A stretch of DNA of 64,000 nucleotides from an uncultured Eubacteriales bacterium (GTDB taxonomy: Bacteria > Actinomycetota > Coriobacteriia > Anaerosomatales > PHET01). Within the stretch, counting starts at the first letter, position 1, and each line of letters starts with the position of its first letter. Below, in pieces: positions 45,681-56,456 of the stretch. The stretch spans positions 8,173 to 72,172 of the forward strand of contig CAZCRB010000001.1 in the NCBI GenBank assembly GCA_964500985.1. The letters are read 5' to 3'. A program made the translations under genes and the position numbers. The notes below the pieces were generated by a model. That model saw nothing but the letters and a program-made list of their open reading frames with translations, searched no databases and was not told the origin of the DNA.

Positions 45681-47032
45681 CGGCACGACCTCGCAAGCGT
45701 GGGCGCCGCGGAGGCGGTCAGGGCGGTCAGCAGGATGCGGCTCCCAAGCCGTCAGTGACACGCGAGCAGCTCACGGCGATGACCGTCGCCGAGCTTCGGG
45801 CGATGGCAGCCGAGATCGAGCTCGACGTGAAGTCCCTCAAGAAGAAGGACGAGATCGTTGACGCCGTGCTGGAGGCCAAGGTCAAGGCCGAGGGCTTCAT
45901 CGAGATCTCGGGCGTGCTCGACGTGCTTCCGGAGGGCTACGGCTTCGTTCGCACGAGCGGCTACCTTCCCGGCGATCACGACGTCTACGTCTCGATGTCG
46001 GCGGTTCGCCGCAACGAGCTTCGCCGCGGCGACATGATCATCGGTCAGGTCCGTCCGCCGCGCGACAACGAGAAGTACCCGGCGATCCAGCGCATCGACC
46101 TCATCAACGGCAAGGCCCCCGACCAGAACAAGGGGCGCCCCCGTTTCGCCGACCTGACGCCCGTCTATCCCGATGAGCGCCTGCGGATGGAGCACGGCAC
46201 CAAGCAGCTCACCGCGCGCACCATCGACCTGGTCGCCCCGATCGGCAAGGGCCAGCGTGGCCTGATCGTCTCGCCGCCCAAGGCCGGCAAGACCACCGTT
46301 CTCAAAGACGTCGCGGCCGCGATCTCGGCCAACAACCCCGAGGTCTACCTCATGTGCCTGCTCGTCGACGAGCGCCCTGAGGAAGTCACGGACATGGAGC
46401 GCTCGATCCACGGCGAGGTCGTCTCGTCGACCTTCGACATGCCGAGCGACCAGCACATCGCCGTCGCCGAGCTCGTCATCGAGCGCGCCAAGCGACTCGT
46501 CGAGGGCGGCGCCGACGTCGTGATCCTGCTCGACTCGATCACCCGCCTCGCGCGTGCCTACAACCTCGCCCAGCCGGCGTCGGGCCGAATCCTGTCCGGC
46601 GGCGTCGACTCGACCGCGCTGTACCCGCCCAAGAAGTTCTTCGGCGCCGCGCGCAACATCGAGCACGGCGGCTCGCTCACGATCCTGGCCACCGCGCTCA
46701 TCGACACCGGGTCGAAGATGGACGAGGTGATCTTCGAGGAGTTCAAGGGCACCGGCAACATGGAGCTGCGCCTGGACCGCGGCCTCGCAGACCGCCGCAT
46801 CTTCCCGGCGATCGACGTCATCAGCTCCGGCACCCGCAAAGAGGAGCTGCTGCTCGACCCGCAGGAAGCCCCGTTCGTGTGGGGCGTGCGCCGCATCCTG
46901 CACGGCATCGACAGCCCCGAGCGCGCGATGGACATGCTGCTCAAGGGCCTGAAGCAGACCGACTCCAACATGGAGTTCCTCGGCAAGATGGCGCGCAAGG
47001 CGTCGGAGAAGGGCAACGGAATAGACCTGTAG
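45677..47032 (+). CDS. rho: transcription termination factor Rho
   Basis: The start overlaps the tal stop. Has a Rho N-terminal domain, a CSD-like RNA-binding region (GYGFVR) and Walker A (PPKAGKTT). Confidence 0.95.
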   Translation: MTARPRKRGRRGGGQGGQQDAAPKPSVTREQLTAMTVAELRAMAAEIELDVKSLKKKDEIVDAVLEAKVKAEGFIEISGVLDVLPEGYGFVRTSGYLPGDHDVYVSMSAVRRNELRRGDMIIGQVRPPRDNEKYPAIQRIDLINGKAPDQNKGRPRFADLTPVYPDERLRMEHGTKQLTARTIDLVAPIGKGQRGLIVSPPKAGKTTVLKDVAAAISANNPEVYLMCLLVDERPEEVTDMERSIHGEVVSSTFDMPSDQHIAVAELVIERAKRLVEGGADVVILLDSITRLARAYNLAQPASGRILSGGVDSTALYPPKKFFGAARNIEHGGSLTILATALIDTGSKMDEVIFEEFKGTGNMELRLDRGLADRRIFPAIDVISSGTRKEELLLDPQEAPFVWGVRRILHGIDSPERAMDMLLKGLKQTDSNMEFLGKMARKASEKGNGIDL

Positions 47033-47049
47033 GCCGCTCAGTCGCACCG

Positions 47050-47078
47050 TTGCCGCATCGCGTGCGCGGTGGTAGACT
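47050..47078 (+). promoter_or_regulatory. putative promoter for rpmE (TTGCCG-17 nt-TAGACT)
   Basis: The spacing is exactly 17 nt. A 7-bp leader hairpin CTCTGGT-cggaa-ACCAGAG (47096-47114) follows. Motif-only prediction. Confidence 0.4.
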
Positions 47079-47135
47079 GCTCGGGCTGTCCTCAGCTCTG
47101 GTCGGAAACCAGAGCACCATCGGAGGTGTTCAGAA

Positions 47136-47573
47136 GTGAAAGAGGGTATCCACCCTAACTACGAGACGACCACGGTTGTCTGCTCCTGCGGCAGCCGTTT
47201 CGAGACTCGTTCCTCGGCCGGCGGCGAGCTGCACGTGGAACTGTGCAACCAGTGCCACCCGTTCTTCACCGGTCAGCAGAAGTTCGTTGACACCGGTGGG
47301 CGCGTCCAGCGCTTCGCCGACAAGTTCGGTTCGGCCGCCAGCGCCGTCCTCGAGAAGGAGGCCGCCGAGAAGGAGGCCCGCCGCAAGGCTGCCGAGGATG
47401 CCGCTGCCAAGCTCAAGGCCGAGCGCGACGCCAAGGCCGCCGAGAAGGCCGCCCGCGCCGCCAAGTTCGAGGACGAGGCCCCCAAGGCCAAGGCCGTCGA
47501 GGAGGTTGCCGCTGTCGAGGAGACCGCCGGCGACGTCGTCGAGGAGCCCGCTGCCGAGGAGACCGCCGAGTAG
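47136..47573 (+). CDS. rpmE: 50S ribosomal protein L31 with a long A/E/K-rich C-terminal extension
   Basis: MKEGIHPNY...CSCG...[10 protein letters not shown] is the Zn-type L31 signature. The L31 core ends near residue 70, and about 75 further low-complexity residues follow. Confidence 0.9.
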   Translation: MKEGIHPNYETTTVVCSCGSRFETRSSAGGELHVELCNQCHPFFTGQQKFVDTGGRVQRFADKFGSAASAVLEKEAAEKEARRKAAEDAAAKLKAERDAKAAEKAARAAKFEDEAPKAKAVEEVAAVEETAGDVVEEPAAEETAE

Positions 47574-47604
47574 CCCTCGCGCATCTCGCACGCACGACTA
47601 GAAT

Positions 47605-47636
47605 GGGGAGGCGCGCTGCGCCTCCCCGTTTCGTTT
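47605..47636 (+). terminator. rho-independent terminator
   Basis: GGGGAGGCGC-gct-GCGCCTCCCC: perfect 10-bp stem followed by GTTTCGTTT. Confidence 0.7.
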
Positions 47637-47672
47637 CCACCGATGCTCGCCGCGTCGAAAGGCCACAAGGCA

Positions 47673-48362
47673 ATGGACGTCCGCCTGCTTTCCCACACGC
47701 CGGACCCCGAGCGCGCGATCGCCGTCGCCGCCCGCGTCTGCTACGCGCCGGTCGGCGCCGCCGAGCTCATGGAGCACATGAGCGACGAGGCGGTCGAGAA
47801 GGTGCTCTACACGATCATGTCGAGCGGGCATTTCTCGGCGCTCGAGCACGTGAGCTACACCTTCGCGATCGACGGCGTGAGCCGGGCGCTCACCCACCAG
47901 CTCGTACGGCACCGGCTCGCGAGCTACAACCAGCAGTCGCAGCGCTACGTCGCCTACGACGACGACCCCGCCTTCATCGTGCCGCCGACGGTCGACGCCG
48001 ACCCCGAGGCGCGCCAGGCGTTTCTCGAGGCGTGCGGTGAGGCGTTTCTCGCGTACCGCGCGCTGATCGACGCCGGCGTGCCCGCGGAGGACGCCCGCTA
48101 CCTGCTGCCCAACGCCATGGAGACCAAGATCGTGGTCACCATGAACGTCCGCGAGCTGCTCCACTTCCTCGAGCTGCGCTGCTGCAAGCGCGCGCAGTGG
48201 GAGATCAGGGACCTCGCGCTCGCGATGCTCGATCTGGTCGAGCCGACCGCGCCGTACCTGTTCAGCGACGCGGGAGCTTCCTGCCGTCGCGGTGCGTGCC
48301 GCGAGGGCGCGATGACCTGTGGCGACCCCTACCCCAAGGCCCCGAAACGAGTGAAGCCGTGA
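47673..48362 (+). CDS. thyX: FAD-dependent thymidylate synthase ThyX
   Basis: RHRLASYNQQSQRY is the ThyX signature. The start is probably the ATG at 47673 (MDVRLLSHTPDPE); the alternative is ATG at 47643. Confidence 0.9.
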   Translation: MDVRLLSHTPDPERAIAVAARVCYAPVGAAELMEHMSDEAVEKVLYTIMSSGHFSALEHVSYTFAIDGVSRALTHQLVRHRLASYNQQSQRYVAYDDDPAFIVPPTVDADPEARQAFLEACGEAFLAYRALIDAGVPAEDARYLLPNAMETKIVVTMNVRELLHFLELRCCKRAQWEIRDLALAMLDLVEPTAPYLFSDAGASCRRGACREGAMTCGDPYPKAPKRVKP

Positions 48363-49375
48363 GCGAGAGTACCGCCGCCCCGCAGCAAGACGCCGTCGTG
48401 CGCCTCGACGGCCCGGTGAGCCACACCCACATCGGCGGCCAGGCCGTCCTCGAGGGCGTGATGATGCGCGGCAAGTACAACTGGGCCGTCGCCGTGCGCA
48501 CCCCGGACGGCGCGATCCACTTCGAGGAGCACGACCTGACCTCGGCGGCCAAGAAGCACGAATGGATGCGCAAGCCGATCATCCGTGGCGTCGTGGCGCT
48601 CGTGGAGACCCTCTCGCTCGCGATGAAGGCGTTCACCGTCTCGGCGGCGCTGTCCGGCGAGACCGAGGAGGAGCAGCTCAGCGGCAAGGAGATCACGTTC
48701 TCGCTGATCTTCGGCGTCGGCCTCGCGCTGCTGATCTTCATCGTGGCGCCCGCCGTGCTCACCAACTTCATGGTCGGTTCGCAGATCGACCACCCGTTCA
48801 CCTGGAACGTCGTCGACGGCGTCTTGCGCGTCGTCGCGTTCTTCGTCTACATCTGGGCGATCAGCCGGCTCGAGGACATCCAGCGGGTGTTCGCCTACCA
48901 CGGGGCGGAGCACAAGGTCATCCACGCCTACGAGCACGGCATCCCGCTCGAGGCGCCGCTGATCCAGAAGTACTCGACCAAGCACGTGCGCTGCGGTACG
49001 TCGTTCCTGCTCATGGTCATGATCGTGGCGCTCATCGTGTTCTCGCTCGTGCCCGTCCGGTGGATGGCCGCGCAGCTGGGGCTCGACGCCCGCTGGCAGG
49101 TGCTGCTGCTCTCGATCTTCACCCGCATCCTGTTCCTGCCGCTGGTCGCCGGGCTCGCCTACGAGGTGACCGTCAAGTGGGCGGGCTCGCACTCGGAGAA
49201 CCCGATCGTCAAGGCCGTCCTGTGGCCCGGCCTGCAGCTGCAGCGGATGACCACCCGGGAGCCCGATGACCAGATGATCGAGGTCGCCGTCGCCGCCGTG
49301 TTGCCGGTCATCGCTCGCGAGGACCGGGAAGAGGGGCGCGTCCCCGTCGACGACCCGCTGCTCGACCTCGCCTGA
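48359..49375 (+). CDS. DUF1385 (YqhQ-like) membrane protein
   Basis: The GTG overlaps the thyX stop. GGQAVLEGVMMRG and YHGAEHKVIH motifs with 4-5 TM segments. This family is commonly found next to prfA. Confidence 0.75.
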   Translation: MSESTAAPQQDAVVRLDGPVSHTHIGGQAVLEGVMMRGKYNWAVAVRTPDGAIHFEEHDLTSAAKKHEWMRKPIIRGVVALVETLSLAMKAFTVSAALSGETEEEQLSGKEITFSLIFGVGLALLIFIVAPAVLTNFMVGSQIDHPFTWNVVDGVLRVVAFFVYIWAISRLEDIQRVFAYHGAEHKVIHAYEHGIPLEAPLIQKYSTKHVRCGTSFLLMVMIVALIVFSLVPVRWMAAQLGLDARWQVLLLSIFTRILFLPLVAGLAYEVTVKWAGSHSENPIVKAVLWPGLQLQRMTTREPDDQMIEVAVAAVLPVIAREDREEGRVPVDDPLLDLA

Positions 49376-49450
49376 GGGCGCCGGAGCGCCGACGGCTGCG
49401 TGCTAGGATTGAGTCCCTGATCTGACCCCTTTGAGGAGTATCTGAACCAC

Positions 49451-50524
49451 ATGCGCGAGAAGCTCGAAAAGATCATCAGCATCTTCGACGAACTCACCGC
49501 CAAGCTCGGCGATCCCGCCGTGCTCGCGGACCAGAAGGAGTACGCGCGCCTCGCCAAGGAGCAGCGTTCGCAGGCCCCGCTCGCCGAGAAGGCGCGCGAG
49601 TACCTGAGCGTGCTCGACGAGCTCGAAGGCGCCAAAGAGGTGCTCCACAACGAGACCGACCCCGAGTTCAAGGAGATGGCGGCCGAGGAGGCCAAGGAGC
49701 TCGAGGCCCGCATCCCCGCGCTCGAGGACGAGATCAAGGTCATGATGCTGCCGGGCGACCCCAACGACGAGAAGGACATCATCGTCGAGATCCGCTCGGG
49801 CGCCGGTGGCGATGAGGCGGCGATCTTCGCCGGCGACCTGTACCGCATGTACACCCGCTACGCCGAGCTCCAGAAGTGGAAGGTCGAGGAGATCGACGCG
49901 AGCGAGTCCGACACGGGCGGCTTCAAGGACGTCTCGTTCCGCATCAAGGGTGACAAGGTCTACTCCAAGATGAAGTTCGAGTCCGGCGTGCACCGCGTGC
50001 AGCGCGTTCCCGCCACCGAGTCCCAGGGCCGCATCCACACCTCGACCGCCACGGTCGCCGTGCTTCCCGAGGTCGAGGACGTCGAGGTCGAGATCCACCA
50101 GAGCGATCTGCGCATCGACGTCTACCGCGCGAGCGGTCCCGGCGGCCAGTCCGTCAACACGACCGACTCGGCGGTGCGCATCACGCACCTGCCCACCGGC
50201 ACCGTCGTGCAGTCGCAGAACCAGAAGTCGCAGCTCCAGAACAAGGAAGCCGCGATGCGCGTCCTGCGCGCCCGCATCTACGAGGTCGAGCTCGAGAAGC
50301 AGCAGGCCGAGCTCGGGGCGCAGCGGCGCAGCCAGATCGGCTCGGGCGATCGCTCCGAGAAGATCCGCACCTACAACTACCCCCAGGACCGCGTCACCGA
50401 CCACCGTATCGGCCTGACCGTCCACAACATCCCCGCCATCATGGCCGGCGAGATCGACCACATCGTCGAGGCGCTCGTCGCCGCCGACCGCGCGGAGCGT
50501 CTCGCCGCCTTCGCCGAGGGCTAG
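49451..50524 (+). CDS. prfA: peptide chain release factor 1
   Basis: PAT tripeptide (VPATESQGR) and GGQ motif ([11 protein letters not shown]). Confidence 0.95.
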   Translation: MREKLEKIISIFDELTAKLGDPAVLADQKEYARLAKEQRSQAPLAEKAREYLSVLDELEGAKEVLHNETDPEFKEMAAEEAKELEARIPALEDEIKVMMLPGDPNDEKDIIVEIRSGAGGDEAAIFAGDLYRMYTRYAELQKWKVEEIDASESDTGGFKDVSFRIKGDKVYSKMKFESGVHRVQRVPATESQGRIHTSTATVAVLPEVEDVEVEIHQSDLRIDVYRASGPGGQSVNTTDSAVRITHLPTGTVVQSQNQKSQLQNKEAAMRVLRARIYEVELEKQQAELGAQRRSQIGSGDRSEKIRTYNYPQDRVTDHRIGLTVHNIPAIMAGEIDHIVEALVAADRAERLAAFAEG

Positions 50525-50531
50525 GCCGCCG

Positions 50532-51407
50532 GTGGCCGAGCAGGTCTGGACGCTCAAGGCCGCGCTCGACTGGACGCGCGGCTATCTCGCGGACAAGGGT
50601 GACGAGCACCCGCGTCGCAGCGCGGAGTGGCTGCTCTCGGCGGCCACCGGCCTGTCGCGCGTCGAGCTCTACGCCTACCACGACCGCCCCCTCACGCCCG
50701 AGGAGCGCTCCATGCTGCGCGAGGCGGTCAAGCGCCGCGCGGCCGGGGAGCCGCTGCAGTACGTCACCGGCGAGGTCGCGTTTCGCCATCTGATCGTCAA
50801 GGTGCGCCCCGGCGTCTTGATCCCGCGTCCGGAGACCGAGATCTTGGTGGGGGAGGCGCTCGAGGCCCTCGCGGGTATCGAGGCGCCGCTCGTGGCCGAT
50901 CCGTGCACCGGGTCGGGCGTGGTGGCGCTGTCGCTGGCGCAGGAGCACCCCGGTGCACGCGTGTGGGCGACCGACCTGTCCGACGAGGCGGTCACCGTCG
51001 CCGCGGACAACGCGGCCCGGCTCGCGCTGGACGATCGCGTCACCGCGCTGGTGGGCGACCTGCTCGCGCCGCTGCCGCCCGAGCTGGAAGGCCGGCTCGA
51101 TGCGATCGTCAGCAATCCGCCCTACATCCCAAGCGCGGACGTGCCGGGTTTGCCCGCCGAGGTCGTCGGCTACGAGCCGCACCTCGCGCTGGACGGCGGT
51201 CCCGACGGCCTCGACGTGTTTCGCCGTCTCGCGTTCGAGGCGACGCGCTGGCTGCGCAGGGGTGGGCTGCTCGCCGTCGAACTGGACGAAAGAAGGGCGC
51301 AAGCCGCCGCTGAAGAAGCGCTAGAGTGGTATGAAGAGGTCAGGGTCGTGCGCGATCTGACCGGCCGCGACAGAGTCCTGGTCGCGCGGCTCGCGCAGAC
51401 GCCCTGA
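50532..51407 (+). CDS. prmC: release factor glutamine methyltransferase PrmC/HemK
   Basis: SAM motif (DPCTGSG) and NPPY. Lies directly after prfA. Confidence 0.9.
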   Translation: MAEQVWTLKAALDWTRGYLADKGDEHPRRSAEWLLSAATGLSRVELYAYHDRPLTPEERSMLREAVKRRAAGEPLQYVTGEVAFRHLIVKVRPGVLIPRPETEILVGEALEALAGIEAPLVADPCTGSGVVALSLAQEHPGARVWATDLSDEAVTVAADNAARLALDDRVTALVGDLLAPLPPELEGRLDAIVSNPPYIPSADVPGLPAEVVGYEPHLALDGGPDGLDVFRRLAFEATRWLRRGGLLAVELDERRAQAAAEEALEWYEEVRVVRDLTGRDRVLVARLAQTP

Positions 51408-51476
51408 AGCGTGTGAAGGTCCGGGTTCGTTCCCGGGTCCGACCGTCAAAGTTGGGGAGACAGGAGGCGGTACGCT

Positions 51477-52112
51477 ATGTCCAAGAGCTACCACATCGAT
51501 CCGGAGAACCCGTCTGCAGAAGTGATAAATCTCGCCGCCACGGTACTCCGTGACGGCGGGATCATCGTGTTTCCCACCGAGACCGTGTACGGTCTCGGTG
51601 CGCTTGCGGACTCCAAGTTCGGGCCGCACGAGATGTTCGAGGTCAAGGTCCGTCCCGCCGACCTTCCGATCCCGATGCTGGTCGAGACCGAGGACGCGCT
51701 CGACACCTGGGGCGCCGAGGTGCCCGCGTACGCGCACAAGATCGCTCACGAGTTCTGGCCCGGCGCGGTCACGATCGTCGTGAAGGCGTCGGAGCGGGTG
51801 CCGCGCGACTTCGTGGCCCCCGACGGCACCATCGGCCTGCGCTCTCCCGATCACGAGGTCGTCCGCGAGCTCCTCATCGCGGCCGGCGGGCCGATCTTCG
51901 CGACGTCGGCCAACACCCACGGAAACCCCGCCCCCGGCTCGTTCGCAGAGGTCGAGCCGCGGATCATCGCCCATGCGGACCTCTCCCTCGACGGTGGCGA
52001 GACCGAGCACCAGATGGCCTCGACCGTCGTCGTGTGCACGGGCGCCGAGCCCGTCGTCGTCCGCGAGGGTGCGGTGGCGGCCGAGCGCATCAAGGAAGTC
52101 GCCGCGTCCTAG
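51477..52112 (+). CDS. tsaC: L-threonylcarbamoyladenylate synthase (YrdC/Sua5 family, YrdC-domain only)
   Basis: FPTETVYGLGA and SANTHG motifs. 211 aa. Confidence 0.85.
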   Translation: MSKSYHIDPENPSAEVINLAATVLRDGGIIVFPTETVYGLGALADSKFGPHEMFEVKVRPADLPIPMLVETEDALDTWGAEVPAYAHKIAHEFWPGAVTIVVKASERVPRDFVAPDGTIGLRSPDHEVVRELLIAAGGPIFATSANTHGNPAPGSFAEVEPRIIAHADLSLDGGETEHQMASTVVVCTGAEPVVVREGAVAAERIKEVAAS

Positions 52113-52139
52113 GCCCGTTCACTTCACGCGTGCTGTACT

Positions 52140-52174
52140 CGAAGGGCCCCGGACGCGCACCCCGGGGCCCTTCG
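52140..52174 (+). terminator. terminator-like GC hairpin
   Basis: CGAAGGGCCCCGG-9 nt-CCGGGGCCCTTCG: perfect 13-bp stem with no clear T-tract. Confidence 0.55.
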
Positions 52175-52277
52175 TGCGCGCAGGACTGCGCCGCGCCCGT
52201 GTAGGGCATCGCCGGACGGCGGGTGTGAGGTACAATCTCTAGACTCCGGAACCCAACCCGAGGGGGCACTCGATCCC

Positions 52278-52715
52278 ATGCGCGTCGCCATCGCTTCCGA
52301 TCACGCCGGCTTCGAGCAGAAAGAGCGCCTCAGGACGCATCTCGAGTCCGAGGGGCACGAGGTCAGCGACCTCGGCACCTTCAACGAGGAGTCCGTCGAC
52401 TACCCGGACTACGCGCTCGCGGTCGCGCGTGCGGTGAGCACAGGCGAGGCCGAGCGCGGGGTGCTCGTCTGCGGCACGGGTATCGGCATGGCGATCGCCG
52501 CCAACAAAGTCGACGGCGTGCGCGCCGCCAACGTGACGAGCCCCGAGTTCGCTGCGCTGGCCCGCGAGCACAACGACGCCAACGTCGTCACCGTCTCGGG
52601 CCGCTTCGTGCCGGTCCAGGTCAACGAGCAGATCGTCGACGCCTTCGTCGACACGGCTTTTGGCGGCGAGCGTCACCAGCGTCGCATCGACAAGATCACC
52701 GCACTGGAGAAGTAG
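52278..52715 (+). CDS. rpiB: ribose-5-phosphate isomerase B
   Basis: [12 protein letters not shown] and [13 protein letters not shown] motifs. 145 aa. Confidence 0.9.
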   Translation: MRVAIASDHAGFEQKERLRTHLESEGHEVSDLGTFNEESVDYPDYALAVARAVSTGEAERGVLVCGTGIGMAIAANKVDGVRAANVTSPEFAALAREHNDANVVTVSGRFVPVQVNEQIVDAFVDTAFGGERHQRRIDKITALEK

Positions 52716-52770
52716 CCTGCGCCGCGACGAACAAGCTGCGCAGACCGGTCAGGAAGGACGAGAGGGAACC

Positions 52771-54018
52771 ATGGCACTCGAGCACATCCGCATGCAGGAC
52801 CCTGAGATCGCTGCCGTCATCGACTGCGAACTCGCCCGCCAGCGAGGCACCATCGAGCTCATCGCCAGCGAGAACTTCGTCTCGCCCGCGGTCCTCGAGG
52901 CCGCCGGCACCGTTCTGACCAACAAGTACGCCGAGGGCCTGCCCGGCAAGCGCTACTACGGCGGTTGCGAGTGCGTCGACGTCGCCGAGGACCTCGCCCG
53001 CGAGCGCGCCAAGCAGCTCTTCGGCGCCGACCACGCCAACGTGCAGCCGCACGCGGGCGCGCAGGCGAACATGGCGGTCTTCTACGCGCTGCTCAACCCC
53101 GGCGACACCGTCCTCGGCATGAACCTCGCGATGGGCGGCCACCTCACCCACGGCTCGCCGGTCAACTTCTCCGGCAAGTGGTTCAGCGTCGTGCCCTACG
53201 GCCTGAACCCCGACACCGAGACCATCGACTACGACGAGGTCGAGGCGCTCGCCCTCGAGCATCGCCCCAAGATGATCATCGCCGGCGCCAGCGCCTACCC
53301 GCGCGTCATCGATTTCGAGCGCTTCGCCGACATCGCCAAGAAGGTCGACGCCAAGCTCATGGTCGACATGGCCCACATCGCCGGCCTCGTGGCCACCGGC
53401 GCCCACCCCTCGCCGGTGCCGTTCGCCGACGTCGTGACCTCGACCTCGCACAAGACGCTGCGCGGTCCCCGCAGCGGCTTCATCCTGTGCAAGGAGGAGC
53501 ACGCCGTCGCCATCGACAAGGCCGTGTTCCCGGGTCTTCAGGGCGGGCCGCTCGAGCACATCATCGCGGCCAAGGCCGTGGCGTTCAAAGAGGCCATGCA
53601 GCCCGAGTTCAAGACCTACATCGACCAGGTCGTCGTCAACGCCAAGGCGATGGGCGCCGCGATGGTCGAGTGCGGTCTGCGCCTCGTCTCCGGCGGTACC
53701 GACAACCACCTCATGCTCGTGGACCTGCGCCCCGCCGGCATCACCGGCAAGGAAGCGGAGAAGCTCCTCGAAGAGGTCGGCTTCACCGTCAACAAGAACG
53801 CCATCCCCAACGACCCGGAGAGCCCGTTCGTCACGAGCGGTATCAGGGTCGGCACGCCGGCGATGACGACGCGCGGGTTCTCCGAGGGCGAAGCGCACAC
53901 CGTGGGCTGCCTGCTCGCCAACGCGATCTTCAAGCGCGAGGACGCCGCCCTGCTCGAAGACATCAAGACCGACGTGCAGGCACTTCTCGACAAGCACCCG
54001 CTCTATCCCGGGCTCTAA
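52771..54018 (+). CDS. glyA: serine hydroxymethyltransferase
   Basis: Trimmed to the ATG at 52771. LIASENF, GGHLTHG and the PLP lysine region [12 protein letters not shown]. Confidence 0.95.
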   Translation: MALEHIRMQDPEIAAVIDCELARQRGTIELIASENFVSPAVLEAAGTVLTNKYAEGLPGKRYYGGCECVDVAEDLARERAKQLFGADHANVQPHAGAQANMAVFYALLNPGDTVLGMNLAMGGHLTHGSPVNFSGKWFSVVPYGLNPDTETIDYDEVEALALEHRPKMIIAGASAYPRVIDFERFADIAKKVDAKLMVDMAHIAGLVATGAHPSPVPFADVVTSTSHKTLRGPRSGFILCKEEHAVAIDKAVFPGLQGGPLEHIIAAKAVAFKEAMQPEFKTYIDQVVVNAKAMGAAMVECGLRLVSGGTDNHLMLVDLRPAGITGKEAEKLLEEVGFTVNKNAIPNDPESPFVTSGIRVGTPAMTTRGFSEGEAHTVGCLLANAIFKREDAALLEDIKTDVQALLDKHPLYPGL

Positions 54019-54049
54019 CATCCCTTTGAATCGCGAGAGGAGCCGCACC

Positions 54050-54700
54050 ATGGCCGTCGACCCGCGCTATCCCGACAACGTCATCGTCGTCGATCACCCG
54101 CTCGTCCAGCACAAGCTCTCGATCCTGCGCGACGTCCACACCGGCGCGAAGGAGTTCCGCGAGCTCGTCAAAGAGCTTGCGATGCTCGAGGCCTACGAGG
54201 CCACGCGCGGGTTCCACCTGGAGGAGACGACCGTCACCACCCCGGTGACCGAGACGACCACCAAGGTGCTCGCGGGCAAGAAGGTCGCGGTCGTGCCGAT
54301 CCTGCGCGCCGGCCTGGGCATGGTCGAGGGCATCCTCGAGCTGATCCCGGCGGCCAAGGTCGGTCACGTGGGCCTCTATCGTGACCCGGAGACGCTGCTG
54401 CCGGTCGAGTACTACGCGAAGCTGCCCGACGACATCGCCGACCGCGACGTGCTCATCGTCGACCCGATGCTCGCGACCGGCGGTTCGGCTTCGGCCGCCG
54501 TGCACTTCCTGCGCGAGAAGGGTGCGCGCCACATCAACCTGCTCGTGCTCATCGCCGCGCCGGAGGGCATCGACGAGGTCCTGCGCACGACCGAGGACGT
54601 CTGCATCTACACCTGCTCGATCGATTCGCACCTCAACGACCACGGCTACATCGTGCCCGGTCTCGGCGACGCCGGCGACCGACTCTTCGGCACCAAGTAG
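54050..54700 (+). CDS. upp: uracil phosphoribosyltransferase
   Basis: Trimmed to the ATG at 54050. [27 protein letters not shown] motif and [12 protein letters not shown]. Confidence 0.95.
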   Translation: MAVDPRYPDNVIVVDHPLVQHKLSILRDVHTGAKEFRELVKELAMLEAYEATRGFHLEETTVTTPVTETTTKVLAGKKVAVVPILRAGLGMVEGILELIPAAKVGHVGLYRDPETLLPVEYYAKLPDDIADRDVLIVDPMLATGGSASAAVHFLREKGARHINLLVLIAAPEGIDEVLRTTEDVCIYTCSIDSHLNDHGYIVPGLGDAGDRLFGTK

Positions 54701-54719
54701 CAGGCGAGGGAGCCGCACC

Positions 54720-55199
54720 ATGCCGCGCCCTTCCTGGGACGAGTACTTCATGGCCATCGCCGAGCAGGTCTCCGGCCGCTCCACGTGCACCCGGCGACAC
54801 ACCGGGGCGGTGCTGGTCAAGGACAAGCGCATCCTAGCCACCGGCTACAACGGCGTGCCCAAGGGCCTCGCACACTGCGAGGAGGTCGGCTGCCTGCGCG
54901 AGCAGCGCGGCATCCCGTCGGGCTCGCATCACGAGCTGTGCCGTGGTATCCACGCCGAACAGAACGCGGTGATTCAGGCTGCCAAGCACGGCATCGCGAT
55001 GGATGGCGCGATCGCGTACTGCACGCATCAGCCGTGCGTGCTGTGCGCCAAGATCCTGCTCAACGCCGGCGTGGTCGACATCGTGTTCCGCGACCCCTAT
55101 CCCGACCCGCTCTCCGAGGAGCTGCTCGCCGAGGCCGGGCTGGTGCCGCGCCGGCTCGAGCGGTCCGCCGACGCGTCGCCTGAGGGTGCGCGGGCGTGA
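54720..55199 (+). CDS. dCMP deaminase (ComEB-type cytidine/deoxycytidylate deaminase)
   Basis: Trimmed to the ATG at 54720. WDEYFM, HAEQNA and PCVLCAKIL zinc motifs. Confidence 0.85.
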   Translation: MPRPSWDEYFMAIAEQVSGRSTCTRRHTGAVLVKDKRILATGYNGVPKGLAHCEEVGCLREQRGIPSGSHHELCRGIHAEQNAVIQAAKHGIAMDGAIAYCTHQPCVLCAKILLNAGVVDIVFRDPYPDPLSEELLAEAGLVPRRLERSADASPEGARA

Positions 55200-56287
55200 G
55201 CATCCGGCACTACCTCGTGCTCATCGCTGTGGCTGCGGTCATCACGCTGCTGACCACGCCCGTCGTGATGCGCATCTCGCGCCGCTACGGGCTCGTGGTG
55301 ATGCCTGGCGGGCGCAAGATCCACTCGCACCCGGTCTCGCAGATGGGCGGCGTCGCGATCTTCCTCGGCGTGATGGGCTCGATCGCGGTCCAGGCCTTTG
55401 GCGAGATCAGGCTGGGTTGGGGCGGGTCGTTCGCGGATGCCGCCGGACCGGGGGTCAACCTCTACGGGGTGCTCGCCGGACTCGTCGCCATGTTCGCGGT
55501 CGGTATCGTCGACGACCTGCTCGATCTGCGGCCCGGCTGGAAGCTCGCCGGGCAGATCGCGGCGGCCGGTATCGTCGTTGCCGCGGGGCTGCGCATCGAG
55601 TTCGTGGGAGACCCGCTCTCCGGCGGGCTGGTCATGCTCGGGCTGCTGTCGATCCCGATCACGATCGTCTACCTGGTCGGGTTCGCCAACGTGATCAACC
55701 TCATCGACGGGCTCGACGGGCTTGCGGCAGGCGTCTCGGCGATCGCCGCCACGAGCCTGCTGGTGCTCGCGGCGCAGGGCAACCGGCTCGATGCGGCGGC
55801 GCTCGCGGCTGCGGTCATCGGCGCGTGTCTCGGCTTCCTGCGGTTCAACTTCAACCCGGCCAAGATCTTCATGGGCGACTCCGGGGCGATGTTTCTCGGG
55901 TTCACGCTCGCGACAGTGTCGCTGCTGGGCGTGATGAAGACGACAGCGGCCATCGCGCTCGCGGTCCCGCTGATCATCATCGGCGTGCCCATCTTCGACA
56001 CGGCCTCGGCCATCGTGCGCCGCGTGCGGCACAACCGGCCGATCCAGGAGGCCGACAAGGGGCACATCCACCACCGCCTGCTTGGCCGCGGGTTCGACCA
56101 GCGCCAGACCGTCATCATCATCTACATCTGGTCGGCAGCGCTTGCGCTGGGGGCGTACGCCGTCCGTTACGCGCCGGGCATCGTCAAGTTCGCCGCACTG
56201 GCCGCGCTGTTCGCCGTCACCGCGTTCATGGCCTACTGGCTGGGGCTTTACGAGGCGGCGCATCACCCCGAGGACGACAAGCGCTGA
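55196..56287 (+). CDS. wecA: polyprenyl-phosphate N-acetylhexosamine-1-phosphate transferase (MraY/WecA/TagO family, GT4)
   Basis: The start overlaps the upstream stop. [17 protein letters not shown] and [12 protein letters not shown] motifs. About 10 TM segments. Confidence 0.85.
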   Translation: MSIRHYLVLIAVAAVITLLTTPVVMRISRRYGLVVMPGGRKIHSHPVSQMGGVAIFLGVMGSIAVQAFGEIRLGWGGSFADAAGPGVNLYGVLAGLVAMFAVGIVDDLLDLRPGWKLAGQIAAAGIVVAAGLRIEFVGDPLSGGLVMLGLLSIPITIVYLVGFANVINLIDGLDGLAAGVSAIAATSLLVLAAQGNRLDAAALAAAVIGACLGFLRFNFNPAKIFMGDSGAMFLGFTLATVSLLGVMKTTAAIALAVPLIIIGVPIFDTASAIVRRVRHNRPIQEADKGHIHHRLLGRGFDQRQTVIIIYIWSAALALGAYAVRYAPGIVKFAALAALFAVTAFMAYWLGLYEAAHHPEDDKR

Positions 56288-56456
56288 GGCGGCGGCGAGC
56301 CGTTCGCGGACTCGCGTCACCGAATCGTTCTGTAACTGTTGTTCACAGTAGGGTGCTCGTGTACCATGACCGCGACCGCCAGCCGAGGCTGGACTGGTAC
56401 CGCGCCGGGACGCGCGGTGTGTAGGGGTCCGAGGGTAAGGGACGGCCGCAACAATC

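Noticed and set aside
47340-47570. Apparent repetitive DNA encoding the A/E/K tail of L31. Similar tracts lie in 7380..7480, 1850..1980 and 22430..22690.
   Set aside because: These are compositionally biased coding low-complexity regions, not tandem DNA repeats with a definable unit. They are not CRISPR-like: there is no repeat-spacer periodicity.
56331-56347. A Rex-box-like inverted repeat, TGTAA-N7-TCACA, in an AT-rich patch upstream of the atp operon.
   Set aside because: The canonical actinobacterial Rex operator as I recall it is TGTGA-N6-TCACA. This site has a mismatch and the wrong spacing, so it is not a supportable call without a search or binding data.
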